DNA of 64,000 nt from Candidatus Babeliales bacterium (GCA_963762115.1 CAVXJH010000006.1:192001-256000); one strand, 5' to 3'. Positions 41,053 to 51,157 are shown, counted from the first letter of the stretch. Notes: generated from the letters alone by a model not told the origin. Translations and numbers: made by a program.

Positions 41053-41730
41053 TTATTTCAAGCGTTGCAAGACTAGTTGAGAACTTTTTGTAACTTGGTC
41101 TGTGTATTTTTTATTTTTTTCGTTCATGTGTATAGCTAAAGGATCTTGACTAGAAAAATAATTATATCTTTTTTCAACAATTTCAATGGTGCTAGAACCA
41201 TCAATGATTAACCGAGGATTGCCGCCACGCTCTAATAATTTCTCAAAAAGAATTTGAGCTGGTTTATAACCATAAGAAGCAGAATCAGTTATAAATTTGA
41301 ATAATGAAGTTTCTTTTTTATCAAGGGGGTCAATTATAAGAGTATTTGGTGTAATTTTGTTAGCTTTAAAGTAAGCATCCAACACTTTATCTAAAATACC
41401 AAATTCATTATATTTTTCTGCCCCATAAAAAACATATTTTCTAAAAAATTGAAATGATTCTTTTGAGATATTCTGATCATTAAGTTGAGATTCGAAATAA
41501 TCATAAATGGCCTTGGAATGGGATTGTTTCACCGCTAATTCTTTTTTTCTTTCCGCAGCGCGTTTTCTTTGCAAGCCTCTTCTTTGGCCTGTTGTTATTC
41601 TGGATGTTTTATTACTTTCTTTAACAACGTAAGTTTTATGTGCAAGTATTGATGCATTTTCTTGCATTGCAACTAATAAAAAAGAATGGGATATCGTTAA
41701 TAAAGATAATAAGGATTTAAAGAAAACCAT
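41053..41730 (-). CDS. Exported SASYGY-family paralog
   Basis: AAGGA RBS before the ATG at 41730; GQRRGLQRKRA and the downstream domain are shared with 35257. Confidence 0.8.
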   Translation of the reverse strand: MVFFKSLLSLLTISHSFLLVAMQENASILAHKTYVVKESNKTSRITTGQRRGLQRKRAAERKKELAVKQSHSKAIYDYFESQLNDQNISKESFQFFRKYVFYGAEKYNEFGILDKVLDAYFKANKITPNTLIIDPLDKKETSLFKFITDSASYGYKPAQILFEKLLERGGNPRLIIDGSSTIEIVEKRYNYFSSQDPLAIHMNEKNKKYTDQVTKSSQLVLQRLK

Positions 41731-41840
41731 AAAGAATTCCTTTAACAGTTTTTTTGAACAATAATTTTTCATAGGCAGTAAAACTAAAGCACGCTAGGTT
41801 TTTTGTCAATTAAAACCTAATGCATAGCATTTAATTTTTA

Positions 41841-41861
41841 TGGAGGGCATTGTGCCCTCCA
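41841..41861 (-). terminator. Hairpin, probable terminator of the ABC operon
   Basis: tggagggca-ttg-tgccctcca, a 9-bp stem just after the permease stop; U-tract is weak. Confidence 0.55.
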
Positions 41862-41873
41862 CTATTAATGTTT

Positions 41874-42659
41874 TTAAACAAAATCAAGTCGTTTTTGCAG
41901 ATTTCGCATGCCAACTGCAAGACATAGTGCAGAAAAAAATGTTATGGCAAGTAAGCATAACCAAAAGTTAATATAGTCTGATTGTCCTAATATTGATGCT
42001 CGTGCTGCTTCAGTGATATAGATCATTGGATTAAACAAATTGATATAACTAATAATAGGCATCACTTTATGTAATGCAATCCAAGAGAACTGAAAACCAC
42101 CCATGAACCACATAGGGAAAATATAGCGTGCCCAGACGCTGCCAAGTCTGCTCATATTGGCGATGATACTTGTGATCCATAAAACAAAACAGGCATAAAA
42201 TATGTTTTGAAAGATCATACTAAGAAAAAATTTGAAATAATTAATGTGAGTAAGATCAAGTTGATTCCATAAGGTAAATTTTCCAATGGGAAGCATGAGC
42301 AATGAAAGTATAAAATAGATTATAAAGTAATATACTCCTTTGCTGACAATTGCCATCCAGGAAGGAATTGGTAATGTTAAGCTGTAGTTAATAACACGAT
42401 CGCCTTCAAAGTCTGAAACAAGCTCTATCACGCTTGCATAGAGTTCAAATAATCCAATTGCTGCAATAACGCCACCGAGTTGAAAGACTCCAAAATCACT
42501 CGATAACCCAAAATAGGGCATAATATAACTCGTAACGATCATAGTTAAAGCAACCCATATAGTGATATCGATAAATTTATCAAAAAATGTTTGTTTAAAA
42601 ACAAGAAGATCCGCGTGAATAAGTTCTTTGCAGATTTTAAGATATGACCAAGTATTCAT
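41874..42659 (-). CDS. ABC-2 type transporter permease
   Basis: About 6 TM segments, NPMIYITEAAR motif, adjacent to an ABC ATPase. Confidence 0.88.
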   Translation of the reverse strand: MNTWSYLKICKELIHADLLVFKQTFFDKFIDITIWVALTMIVTSYIMPYFGLSSDFGVFQLGGVIAAIGLFELYASVIELVSDFEGDRVINYSLTLPIPSWMAIVSKGVYYFIIYFILSLLMLPIGKFTLWNQLDLTHINYFKFFLSMIFQNIFYACFVLWITSIIANMSRLGSVWARYIFPMWFMGGFQFSWIALHKVMPIISYINLFNPMIYITEAARASILGQSDYINFWLCLLAITFFSALCLAVGMRNLQKRLDFV

Positions 42660-42687
42660 AAAAATTCTTTCATTAAAATAATGGTTA

Positions 42688-43425
42688 TTATTGTTGACCG
42701 GCTTTTAATAATTCAATAAACACATCTTCAAGATTTTTTTGCTTGAAATCGGTTAATAGCTTATCAGGTGTATCGATGAGCTTTATTTGCCCGGCATCTA
42801 AAATACAAACGCGATCAGATAGTTTCTCCGCTTCATCAAGATAATGGGTAGTGAGCAAAACGGTGATGCCATCCTTTTTGAGATTTTTGATCATTTCCCA
42901 CAGATTTCTTCTGATGTGTGGATCAAGACCAACAGTAGGCTCATCTAAAATAACAAATTCAGGTTTGTGAATTAAACTACGTGCAATCATAAAGCGTTGT
43001 TGATAGCCGCCGGATAACACTGATGCTTTTTGATGAAGATATTTTTGTAACTCAAATTGATGAACTAATTCATCAATGCGTGTTTTAATTTCAGTTGCCG
43101 AAAGGCCATAAAATTTGCCGGCAAAAATGAGATTTTGTTCCAAGGTGAGCATCGTATTAAGATTTGGTTTTTGTGGGCAATATCCTAATCGTCGACGAAA
43201 AGCAGGAATGTTTTTAAAAATTGAGATGCCGTTATATTCAATATCACCTTCACTTGCAGGATGCAAAGTCGCAATAATTGACGATAAGGTTGTTTTTCCG
43301 GCGCCATTTACACCCAGAAGGCTGAGGATTTCTCCTTTGAAAATTTCTAAATTGATGCCTTTCAGGACTTGGCTGTTGCCATAGTTTTTTTTGATATTTT
43401 TTATGGTAAGTAAAATTTGGTTCAT
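42688..43425 (-). CDS. ABC transporter ATP-binding protein (DrrA/NodI-like)
   Basis: GVNGAGKTT, LSGG, ILDEPTVGLDP and TTHY motifs. Confidence 0.95.
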   Translation of the reverse strand: MNQILLTIKNIKKNYGNSQVLKGINLEIFKGEILSLLGVNGAGKTTLSSIIATLHPASEGDIEYNGISIFKNIPAFRRRLGYCPQKPNLNTMLTLEQNLIFAGKFYGLSATEIKTRIDELVHQFELQKYLHQKASVLSGGYQQRFMIARSLIHKPEFVILDEPTVGLDPHIRRNLWEMIKNLKKDGITVLLTTHYLDEAEKLSDRVCILDAGQIKLIDTPDKLLTDFKQKNLEDVFIELLKAGQQ

Positions 43426-43637
43426 AAAGCCTCATGAGTGTGCTTTTTTGTGTGAGCGCACCGTTAAAAGAGTGTTGTTAAAAAATACGATAAAGATTAT
43501 GAGTATAAAAACAGTAAACGAATGTGTTTTGTTTAATGAAGTAATAATGAAAAAAAATAAGGCAATAAAAAAGAGCAAATACAAAATATTGTATTTTATT
43601 TTTGGAACAAAATCTGCCTCACTAAACGAAAATTAGT

Positions 43638-43673
43638 TTAATGTGTGGGGGCAATGTGTACAGTGGTTTTCAT
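43638..43673 (-). other. Short upstream ORF / possible leader peptide MKTTVHIAPTH
   Basis: Strong AAGGAG RBS, 11 codons, upstream of the ABC exporter. Confidence 0.3.
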
Positions 43674-43772
43674 GTTTTTCTCTCCTTTGAGAGTTTTTTT
43701 GAAAGTATGCGATAGACAAAATGTCTAATTTCAAAAATAGTATTTGTGTGATAAAAAGTCAAATAAAATAAT

Positions 43773-44570
43773 TTAATTATTCAGCATATATTCAAGATTT
43801 TGTAATTTTCCAATAAGTAAATCTAGCTCATGAACCAACAATTTTTCAGTGGATTTTTTTGCCAAGATTGGTATGTTCGGCTTTTGCGTAGCAATAGGTA
43901 ACGGTTTTTTAATACAAGGTTGAGATGGTTCGATAGTTGGTTTTTCTATTGTTGCTTTTTGGGCAGCAGCATTAATTAATTGTTTAATTTCATAATTTGT
44001 TCCGGCGTAATCTGCTGCAGACTGGTTACCAAAATTTTTTATCGTTGTATCAGCATCGTAATAGAGTAATAATTTTACGATGTCGACAAAACCACCTTTT
44101 GCAGCATACATTAAAGGGGTAACACGTGTGTCTGACATGCCACTTGGATCGGATTTATTAAGTTCATTAATCCATGCAGGTGCTTTTGGTAAATTATATT
44201 GTTCAGCTCCATCAAATTTTGGGTAAAACTCTGCGCTTGCCGTATTAGGGTTTGCACCATGTTTCAAAAGTAATTTTACAATTTCGGTATTACCTTGTGT
44301 AACGGCAGCTTGCAAGGCAAAAAATGCTGGGCCTTCTCGCCACCAAGTATGCTGTTCGTCAACATTGGGTTTATCGGCAAGAAATTCTTTTACTTTTTCG
44401 ATGTTTCCTGCATAAGCTGCTATAGGCAACCAATATTCTGCCTTTTGTTTCGCATCTTTAAATGCTCCGGTACCATCAAGGCGTTCATCGCCATATAAGT
44501 TTTCTGAATAGAGGCTAGCGTTGTTGCTTAGGCAAAGTAATAATAGCATCCATTTACAAGATATATTCAT
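43773..44570 (-). CDS. Exported ankyrin-repeat protein
   Basis: Signal peptide; GNTEIVKLLLKHGANPN and TPLMYAAKGG. Confidence 0.88.
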   Translation of the reverse strand: MNISCKWMLLLLCLSNNASLYSENLYGDERLDGTGAFKDAKQKAEYWLPIAAYAGNIEKVKEFLADKPNVDEQHTWWREGPAFFALQAAVTQGNTEIVKLLLKHGANPNTASAEFYPKFDGAEQYNLPKAPAWINELNKSDPSGMSDTRVTPLMYAAKGGFVDIVKLLLYYDADTTIKNFGNQSAADYAGTNYEIKQLINAAAQKATIEKPTIEPSQPCIKKPLPIATQKPNIPILAKKSTEKLLVHELDLLIGKLQNLEYMLNN

Positions 44571-44715
44571 TATTTCCTAACAAAATAAAATAGTTATATT
44601 TGAACGTTAGAAAAAAATCATTATGAAAATCAAGAATTGTAAAAATAATATGTTTTATGATGTATTATTTAGAAGAGTATGTTCTTATAAAAATTGTTAT
44701 TATTTTTTATATTCT

Positions 44716-44876
44716 TCGGCCCTATGCGGGCAGCACAAAGGTATTGTTTGCCCAATACCTTTGATACAAGGGCACCAACGTTCCGTTGGATCGTCTCTCC
44801 CGCGCGAATATGCACCATTCCATTGTTGATGCCTTCAGCATCAAAATTCCAGGTGCACGTCGCACTACCGGACTAA
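44716..44876 (-). ncRNA. ssrS: Probable 6S RNA
   Basis: GC-rich intergenic segment of about 160 nt. The minus strand folds into a rod: closing stem GUCC..UGCG..GCAC/GUGC..CGCA..GGGC, a central bubble with a 3' hairpin, and inner stem UUUGAUGC..GGCAUCAAC/GUUGGUGCC..GUAUCAAA with G-U pairs. Confidence 0.6.
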
Positions 44877-44943
44877 CTTATTTATAAAAAAATTTCACCA
44901 TGCAATATATTCATGCCTTGCCGGCATAAGGCAAGTTTTGATG

Positions 44944-45966
44944 CTATTTTTTGCTTTCAATATCAATAATTTTTTGCTTATTTTTCATAGAAATTATCAC
45001 GGGTTCTTTTGCCTGTAAATTATGTTTCATTAAATCAACACTATATATTTGTGGATTTTCATAGGTATGAAAATAATATCGTTTATTACGTAAATCGCTT
45101 GCACTGGTCCATTGGGTATAATCATAAAGTTCTTTATTATTTTCCAGATGTCGTACAACGCCAAGGGGAATATTAAAGAGGTTGAGAAGATGAAAAGCAG
45201 CATCTAAAGCTTCATTTTCATTGTTGCCAACAACAATGCTTTGACTAAAAGCAACGGCGCGTATAAAGCGAGATGGCGGTGTGAAATCTCCTGGTAAACC
45301 AAGCATACCCGATCCTTGACCAAGGGAAGGTACGGTAACACCATTTTTAAGCTGAATATTTTGTGTATTGGTTGGTTTAAGATTTAAATAATTACCTAAA
45401 TTAATCATGTGCCAATCGAAGGGAGGAGAGTTAGTGAATGCGCCAAGTGGATTATCATACACAAATAAATTTTCGTTAACATATTCGATGACTAAACTTT
45501 TTCCTGTCGTGTCATGCACAATTGCATGTACGGGGGGAACAAATCCCCAAGGGCCAAACGTTGTGCTGCCAACAAAAATGCTTGTTAATGCTTTTTTGAC
45601 TTCATCAACTGTAGAAAAGTTGGTTAAAATCCATGTTATCAGTTCCCAAGGGGCAAGAGATTTTTTGTAGTTTTCTTGCGCAATTTCTTGATAATGAGCA
45701 AAATCAACAAAATAAAAAAGACCGCCTGCTAATCCTTTTTCGTTAACGCCATCAATAATATGATTAATATTTAATGCATTTGCACCAACAACAGCATAGT
45801 GCGACTGCCATTGCAGACCTTCTGCTTTCCCTGATGGTGCTGTGCCGGTAAATGTATAATTACGGGGAATGATAATGATGTTAGAGGCGATATCTTGTCC
45901 AAATTCTAGTGTGCGTGCATATACTGCTGCACCATTATCAGCGATTAATCTAATTCCTGTGCACAT
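44944..45966 (-). CDS. Choloylglycine hydrolase / penicillin V acylase family Ntn hydrolase
   Basis: N-terminal MCT nucleophile, DGVNEKGL, TNSP, GLPGDFTPPSRF and YTQWT motifs. Confidence 0.93.
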   Translation of the reverse strand: MCTGIRLIADNGAAVYARTLEFGQDIASNIIIIPRNYTFTGTAPSGKAEGLQWQSHYAVVGANALNINHIIDGVNEKGLAGGLFYFVDFAHYQEIAQENYKKSLAPWELITWILTNFSTVDEVKKALTSIFVGSTTFGPWGFVPPVHAIVHDTTGKSLVIEYVNENLFVYDNPLGAFTNSPPFDWHMINLGNYLNLKPTNTQNIQLKNGVTVPSLGQGSGMLGLPGDFTPPSRFIRAVAFSQSIVVGNNENEALDAAFHLLNLFNIPLGVVRHLENNKELYDYTQWTSASDLRNKRYYFHTYENPQIYSVDLMKHNLQAKEPVIISMKNKQKIIDIESKK

Positions 45967-46041
45967 ATGTTGTATCCCTTTTTCTAAAAAACTACTTTTG
46001 TTTGAATGTACAAAGGATTTTTGGAAAATTGATATATTTTT

Positions 46042-46809
46042 TTAGAAATTATGAGATTCTTGGGGGATTTCTGATTGAATCGGGCCTTCAGCTAATCCAC
46101 GAATGAATTGATAAATATAAGGATTATCAGATTCCCAAATGGTTTTAGCGTCACCAAAGAAGCGAATTTTTCCTTCATGCAGCAAGGCAACATAGTCGGC
46201 ATATTTAAAGATTTCTACATCATGAGAAATAATAATAGAAGTGATTTGAAATTGTTTTTGCATATCATACATGAGTTCATGTATCACGCGTGAGGTGATT
46301 GGATCAAGACCAGTTGTTGGTTCATCATAAAGAATAATTTTTGGTTGTGTCATGAGCGTGCGAGCAAGGCCAACACGTTTTCTCATACCACCCGAAATTT
46401 CAGAGGGATATTTGTTGAGAACATCTGAGTTAAGATTGACTATACTCAGTTTTTGAGTAACTAAGGGTAAAACTTCTTTCTCAGAAACATCATTTTCAAG
46501 AAGAGTGATTCCTACATTTTGAAATATTGTTAATGAATCAAGAAGTGCAGCGAATTGGAAAACATAGCCAAATTGTTTGAAAACTGCTTGGTGATCTTTT
46601 TTGCCTAATTCGGTGATATTGACATCATCAATAAAAACAGCTCCTGATGTTGGGTCAATGAGGCCAATAATCTGTTTGAGAAGAACTGATTTTCCTTCAC
46701 CAGATCTTCCGACAATGACGGTCATTTTTCCTTCAGGAATATCAAGTGAAACGCCATTAGTCACCCAACGCTCACCAAACTGTTTTTTTAAATCAACTAA
46801 TTTAATCAT
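46042..46809 (-). CDS. mlaF: MlaF/Mkl-like ABC ATPase
   Basis: GRSGEGKS, FQFAALLDSL, ISGGMRKRVGLAR and YDEPTTGLDP; adjacent to mlaE. Confidence 0.9.
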   Translation of the reverse strand: MIKLVDLKKQFGERWVTNGVSLDIPEGKMTVIVGRSGEGKSVLLKQIIGLIDPTSGAVFIDDVNITELGKKDHQAVFKQFGYVFQFAALLDSLTIFQNVGITLLENDVSEKEVLPLVTQKLSIVNLNSDVLNKYPSEISGGMRKRVGLARTLMTQPKIILYDEPTTGLDPITSRVIHELMYDMQKQFQITSIIISHDVEIFKYADYVALLHEGKIRFFGDAKTIWESDNPYIYQFIRGLAEGPIQSEIPQESHNF

Positions 46810-46816
46810 ACTACTC

Positions 46817-47605
46817 TTAAAATAAAATTGCAGTGAGAAAGTAATTTGCCAAAATTAATAAAATTGAACCCATAACAACGCTTTGTGTTGTTGCAATACC
46901 AACACCGCGAGCGCCGCCGTTCGCAATATATCCTTTAAAGCAGCCAACCCAAGTGAGAATAAAGCCAAACCAAGCTGCTTTAATTAATCCGCTCGTGATG
47001 TCGGAAAATTCAAGATATTTTTTAATACCATGAATATATTGTTCACCGTTTAAGCCTAAAGCGTGAACGGCGATAAAATAACCACCCATAACACCAAACA
47101 TCATAGAAAAAACCGTCAGGAATGGCATAACAATGATGCCAGCAATCATGCGAGGAATGACAAGGTATTGGATGGGATTAATTGCTAGAGTTTGCAGTGC
47201 ATCAATTTGTTCGGTGATGCGCATAGTGCCGATTTCAGCAGCAATTGCCGATCCAGCGCGTCCGGTGACCATGAGGCCTGTAATAACTGGGCCTAATTCC
47301 CGTGCCATACTTAAGGCAACAACAGGGCCCACAAATTCTTGTCCGCCATAGCGCTTAAAGCCTATATAACTTTGTAATGCTAATACGGCACCAGCAAAGG
47401 TGCCCGTTAAAATAGCAATGATCCAAGAATCAACGCCAATTTCTTCTATTTGAACAAATGTTTTTCGTATCTTGAGCCGTGTTGAAAATAATGTTTTTAT
47501 CACCTGAAATAAAAAGAGAACTAATGCCCCCATTGTTACACAAAGATGCAGGATAAAACCACCTAAATAAGCAAAAAAACCCTCAATTATTGAGATTGTT
47601 TTCAT
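46817..47605 (-). CDS. mlaE: MlaE-family permease
   Basis: RELGPV...GRAGSAIAAEIGTMRITEQIDAL and GARGVG motifs. Confidence 0.95.
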   Translation of the reverse strand: MKTISIIEGFFAYLGGFILHLCVTMGALVLFLFQVIKTLFSTRLKIRKTFVQIEEIGVDSWIIAILTGTFAGAVLALQSYIGFKRYGGQEFVGPVVALSMARELGPVITGLMVTGRAGSAIAAEIGTMRITEQIDALQTLAINPIQYLVIPRMIAGIIVMPFLTVFSMMFGVMGGYFIAVHALGLNGEQYIHGIKKYLEFSDITSGLIKAAWFGFILTWVGCFKGYIANGGARGVGIATTQSVVMGSILLILANYFLTAILF

Positions 47606-47619
47606 TACTACAGCCTATT

Positions 47620-47937
47620 TTATTGCGGGGTTTGGGTTTTTATTGGATTCATTGGTTGTTGTATTGGGTTAGGTCGTGCTTGTGAAACATAACGTGATGA
47701 TTGATAATTATTGGTTTTCATAATTGAAAGTAACAATGATCCACCAATAAAAATCACGCCGAGTCCCCAGGTGATTTTTTGAAAAAGATCTTGGCCACCG
47801 GAACCACCAAAAAGCATTTGTGTGCCACCACCCAAATTACCGATACCCATGCTGCCTTTACCTTTTTGAACAAGAATCAGTAAAACAAGCAAAATGCATA
47901 CAAAAACATATACAGAAAGTAGCAATCCAAATAACAT
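47620..47937 (-). CDS. secG: Preprotein translocase subunit SecG
   Basis: ILVQKGKG...LFGGSG...KIT; follows tpiA; GGAG RBS before the ATG at 47937. Confidence 0.92.
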   Translation of the reverse strand: MLFGLLLSVYVFVCILLVLLILVQKGKGSMGIGNLGGGTQMLFGGSGGQDLFQKITWGLGVIFIGGSLLLSIMKTNNYQSSRYVSQARPNPIQQPMNPIKTQTPQ

Positions 47938-47974
47938 TTTTTCTCCAGAAATTTTATAGTGAAATAACAATTAC

Positions 47975-48736
47975 TTACTCATGCAATAATGATACAACTT
48001 TTTTTAGTTCTTGGAAATCGGTACTTGCTTTCCCTAATAAAAATCCATCCAATAAGGGTATTTTTTTTAACGGTATAATTGTTTCAGATGAAACGCTGCC
48101 GCCATAGATCATAGTTGCATCAATACCATGTTCAAGGGCAATTTTCTTGACCAAATTGAGGATGTTTTCTAAGTTTTTTTCGGTGGGAATATTTCCTGAT
48201 CCAATGGCCCATCGAGGTTCATAGGCAAATAGTGCTTGTGTAGTATAATTTTTTTTTAATGTTGAGCAAAAAAGCGTAATCTGTTTGGCGATGCTGATTT
48301 CTGTTAAATTTTGTTCATATTCTTGCTTGCTTTCACCAAAACATATAATTGGTACAAGAGTATATTTTAATAAAATGGTAATTTTTTTGAGCATTGTTTC
48401 CTGATAGAGATTCCAATTTTCGTATGTTTCACTGTGGCCAATTATACAATAATGACAGCCAATTTGTTGCAATGATTGCGCACAAACTTGTCCCGTGAAT
48501 GGTCCGGATTCATGTTCAGAACAATCCTGTGCGCCCAAAAAAATAGGAAGCTCTGAGAGAATTGTTTTGCATGCCGAAAGGGACTCAAAAGAGGGGCAGA
48601 GTACAAGGGAAATATCTTTTTGTTGTAAACAATACTGGGTTAAAGATTCTTTATTGGTTTCTAGCCAGGTTATCGCTTGATTGAATGAAAAGTACATTTT
48701 CCAATTTGCTATAAGCATGTATTTTTTGTGTTGCAT
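47975..48736 (-). CDS. tpiA: Triosephosphate isomerase
   Basis: ANWKM, GPFTG, IIGHSE, AYEPRWAIG, YGGSV and DGFLLGKAS motifs. Confidence 0.96.
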   Translation of the reverse strand: MQHKKYMLIANWKMYFSFNQAITWLETNKESLTQYCLQQKDISLVLCPSFESLSACKTILSELPIFLGAQDCSEHESGPFTGQVCAQSLQQIGCHYCIIGHSETYENWNLYQETMLKKITILLKYTLVPIICFGESKQEYEQNLTEISIAKQITLFCSTLKKNYTTQALFAYEPRWAIGSGNIPTEKNLENILNLVKKIALEHGIDATMIYGGSVSSETIIPLKKIPLLDGFLLGKASTDFQELKKVVSLLHE

Positions 48737-48900
48737 TCTAAGCTCCTTTTTTAGTAATTAAGGTAAGTGTGCAATAAAATGCAATAAGATGCCAGTTTCC
48801 CTTTTTTATTTTTATCGTATTGCAAGAACTATTGAAAAATTGATCACTATTTTCACAGTATTGATATCATAGGTCTACTTTAAAAAGGGGGAAAGTTGTT

Positions 48901-49512
48901 ATGATTTCAATGCCTATTGCATGCATTCTTGGTATGCAAATTTTGAATTTTATACATACGGCACCAGAAATTATTTTAAACACCTTTAAAGAATATCCTT
49001 ATTTGCATAGTCCTAGTCTTGAAGAAAAAAAAACGTATCTTACTTGGTTTGCAGAAAATAAAGAAGGCATACTTATTGTGGCGCATGATCAAGATGAGTT
49101 GGCTGGTTTGATCACGGGTATTCCTATGGAAGCAGTGAAAGAATATATTCCTGAAATTGATGAATTGTTTAAACAAAATAATTTGTATTTAAAAGATTGT
49201 TATTATTGTGGGGATGTTATTGTTTTGCCCGGTTATCAAAGGCAAGGCCTCTGTAGTAAAATGTTTTCTGCCTTTGAACAAAAAGTAAAAGCTTTGGGTT
49301 ATAAAACAATATCCTTGATCACCTCAGTGCGAGAAGAAGATCATCCATTAAAACCTGCACAGTATGTTGATCCAGGAAGTATTTGGCAACATTATGGTTT
49401 TAACAAAACTTCAATTATCATAAAAAATATGCAGCCAACCGTTATTGATGATTTGGGCGCTGTTGAAGAGCAAGAAAATTCCTTTGTTTTTTGGATTAAA
49501 AAATTAGAGTGA
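48901..49512 (+). CDS. GNAT acetyltransferase
   Basis: VIVLPGYQRQGL motif A, HPLKP and FWIKKLE; paralog of 32161 and 32822. Confidence 0.88.
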   Translation: MISMPIACILGMQILNFIHTAPEIILNTFKEYPYLHSPSLEEKKTYLTWFAENKEGILIVAHDQDELAGLITGIPMEAVKEYIPEIDELFKQNNLYLKDCYYCGDVIVLPGYQRQGLCSKMFSAFEQKVKALGYKTISLITSVREEDHPLKPAQYVDPGSIWQHYGFNKTSIIIKNMQPTVIDDLGAVEEQENSFVFWIKKLE

Positions 49513-49543
49513 TGTTTTAAATTATACTACATAAAGGGAAATT

Positions 49544-50737
49544 ATGAATTTTTATCAACTATGTATGATTGTTGTTTTTATTTTTTATCCAATTGGTTTT
49601 TTATTTGGGGTTAATGAAGAGCTAAAAAAAAATCTGTTGCAATTAGAAAATGCCCTAGATCAATTACATACATCATTGAACATACAAAGTTATAAAAAAG
49701 AATCTGTTCAAAAAACAATACAGAAAACAGATACAGAAAAAAGTATTGAAGAATTAATTATACCATTTAATGAATCAGATTTTGAATTATTGCCTCTAGA
49801 ACTAAAAGAAAAAGTTTTATTAGAATTGGTGCCGACATCAGTAATTCAGAATGCAGACCAGTTGATTGACAAATTACAAAAATTTACGAATATTGGCCAG
49901 CCTAATAAGGCCATTAGGGATGTCTTGTCCGATGAACATTTTATGAAAAATATAATCAAAGTAATGTTTTCTAAAATTGAAAATAATAAAATAATAGAAG
50001 ATGCAATAAAAAAGATTAGAGACTTTAGAAATCCTTATGATCCAAGTTTTAGAATAAGAATACTGCCGGTTTTTCAACAAGCCCTTAAAAACGTTATGAA
50101 TAAAATTGAAATGTATAAAAAAGCGGTAGATTCGAATAGAAAAGAGGTAGAAAATCTTACAAAAGAACTTATTGAAAAAAACTATTTGAATCCTAATTTT
50201 TTTATTGATGACAATGCGTTTTTGCATAATGCTGTTAAGAAGGATTTTTCAGGATTGATAGATTATTTAATAGAAAAAGGTGCAAATATCCATGCTAAAA
50301 ATAAAAAATTTGAAACACCTTTATTAATTGCTTTAAAAAATGACCCTCAATTAGCATTAGAATTAATGAAAAAATATAAAAATGTTAGGCTTACTGATGA
50401 AAGTAGTTTTATTATTAGGCTATTGTATTTCAATAAAGATACTTATATGGAAGCAATCAAAAAATTAATTAAGAAATCAGTTAAGAGAGGTTTAAGTCCT
50501 AATGCTGACAACTTAAAGTCTGCGCAATTTCGCACTCCCCTATTGATATGGGCAATTGATATAGCTGAATCAACAGGGTCCTTAAGGGGGAATTTGGATT
50601 TAATTGAATTTTTATTAAAACGCGGTGCAGATCCTGAACTTGAGTATGTAGATCATAGTGAAAATATAGATACGCCCTTAAATTATGCTAAAGATTATCC
50701 TGATATTATTGCATTGATGAATATTTATAAAAAATAA
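49544..50737 (+). CDS. Exported F-box-like plus ankyrin-repeat protein
   Basis: Signal peptide; FELLPLELKEKVLLEL; ankyrin motifs EKGANIH, ETPLLIAL and KRGADP. Confidence 0.8.
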   Translation: MNFYQLCMIVVFIFYPIGFLFGVNEELKKNLLQLENALDQLHTSLNIQSYKKESVQKTIQKTDTEKSIEELIIPFNESDFELLPLELKEKVLLELVPTSVIQNADQLIDKLQKFTNIGQPNKAIRDVLSDEHFMKNIIKVMFSKIENNKIIEDAIKKIRDFRNPYDPSFRIRILPVFQQALKNVMNKIEMYKKAVDSNRKEVENLTKELIEKNYLNPNFFIDDNAFLHNAVKKDFSGLIDYLIEKGANIHAKNKKFETPLLIALKNDPQLALELMKKYKNVRLTDESSFIIRLLYFNKDTYMEAIKKLIKKSVKRGLSPNADNLKSAQFRTPLLIWAIDIAESTGSLRGNLDLIEFLLKRGADPELEYVDHSENIDTPLNYAKDYPDIIALMNIYKK

Positions 50738-50779
50738 TTTTTTTTTAAAAAAGATGAGGATTTTGCTTTTTTATGCCTA

Positions 50780-50930
50780 ACTTTTGGCATACATTTTTTA
50801 GCATTTTTACTTTCAACTGCATGATAGACTTGACGAATTGAAACAGTGCCAAATTTGTTGTGTGCAGAAAGGCCGAGTTGTTGCCAAGGCTGAAGAATCA
50901 CGTTTCTGCCCATAATTTTTGAATGATGCA
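50780..50930 (-). pseudogene. Decayed gene remnant, homologous to 52468-52620
   Basis: With frameshifts it encodes ...KNY...HAVESKNAKKMYAKS, versus ...KNY...HAMESLKAKKMYAESRS* in the second copy. Confidence 0.5.
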
Positions 50931-50953
50931 AGATTTTATTGTTTTAAATTTTT

Positions 50954-51019
50954 TTGGATTAAAGATTTGAAGTAAGCCTTTGATTATTGGATTAAAGATT
51001 TGAAGTAAGCCTTTGATTA
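50954..51019 (+). repeat. 33-bp perfect tandem duplication containing a GNAT-like 3' end
   Basis: ttggattaaagatttgaagtaagcctttgatta twice; encodes (F)WIKDLK*. Confidence 0.9.
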
Positions 51020-51058
51020 TAAGCTCATTTTAGATAGTTATTGGCTTTTTATAGTAAT

Positions 51059-51087
51059 TTGACAGTATTTTCTTTTTGTATTATTAT
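51059..51087 (+). promoter_or_regulatory. Candidate sigma70 promoter for 51158
   Basis: TTGACA-17 bp-TATTAT. Confidence 0.5.
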
Positions 51088-51157
51088 GAAAAATAAAATA
51101 TATTTTTCATATATGGTTATTTTTAAATAATATACAATAAGGGTAAAAATATAAATC

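Noticed and set aside
44623..44876. Two short plus-strand ORFs (68 and 60 aa)
   Set aside because: They overlap the structured RNA candidate, which explains the GC enrichment better.
50725..50931. 68-aa minus-strand ORF as a real gene
   Set aside because: Similarity to 52468-52620 switches frames, indicating a frameshifted remnant.
50954..51019. 33-bp repeat as a mini CRISPR array
   Set aside because: Two abutting copies with no spacer and no cas genes; a simple tandem duplication.
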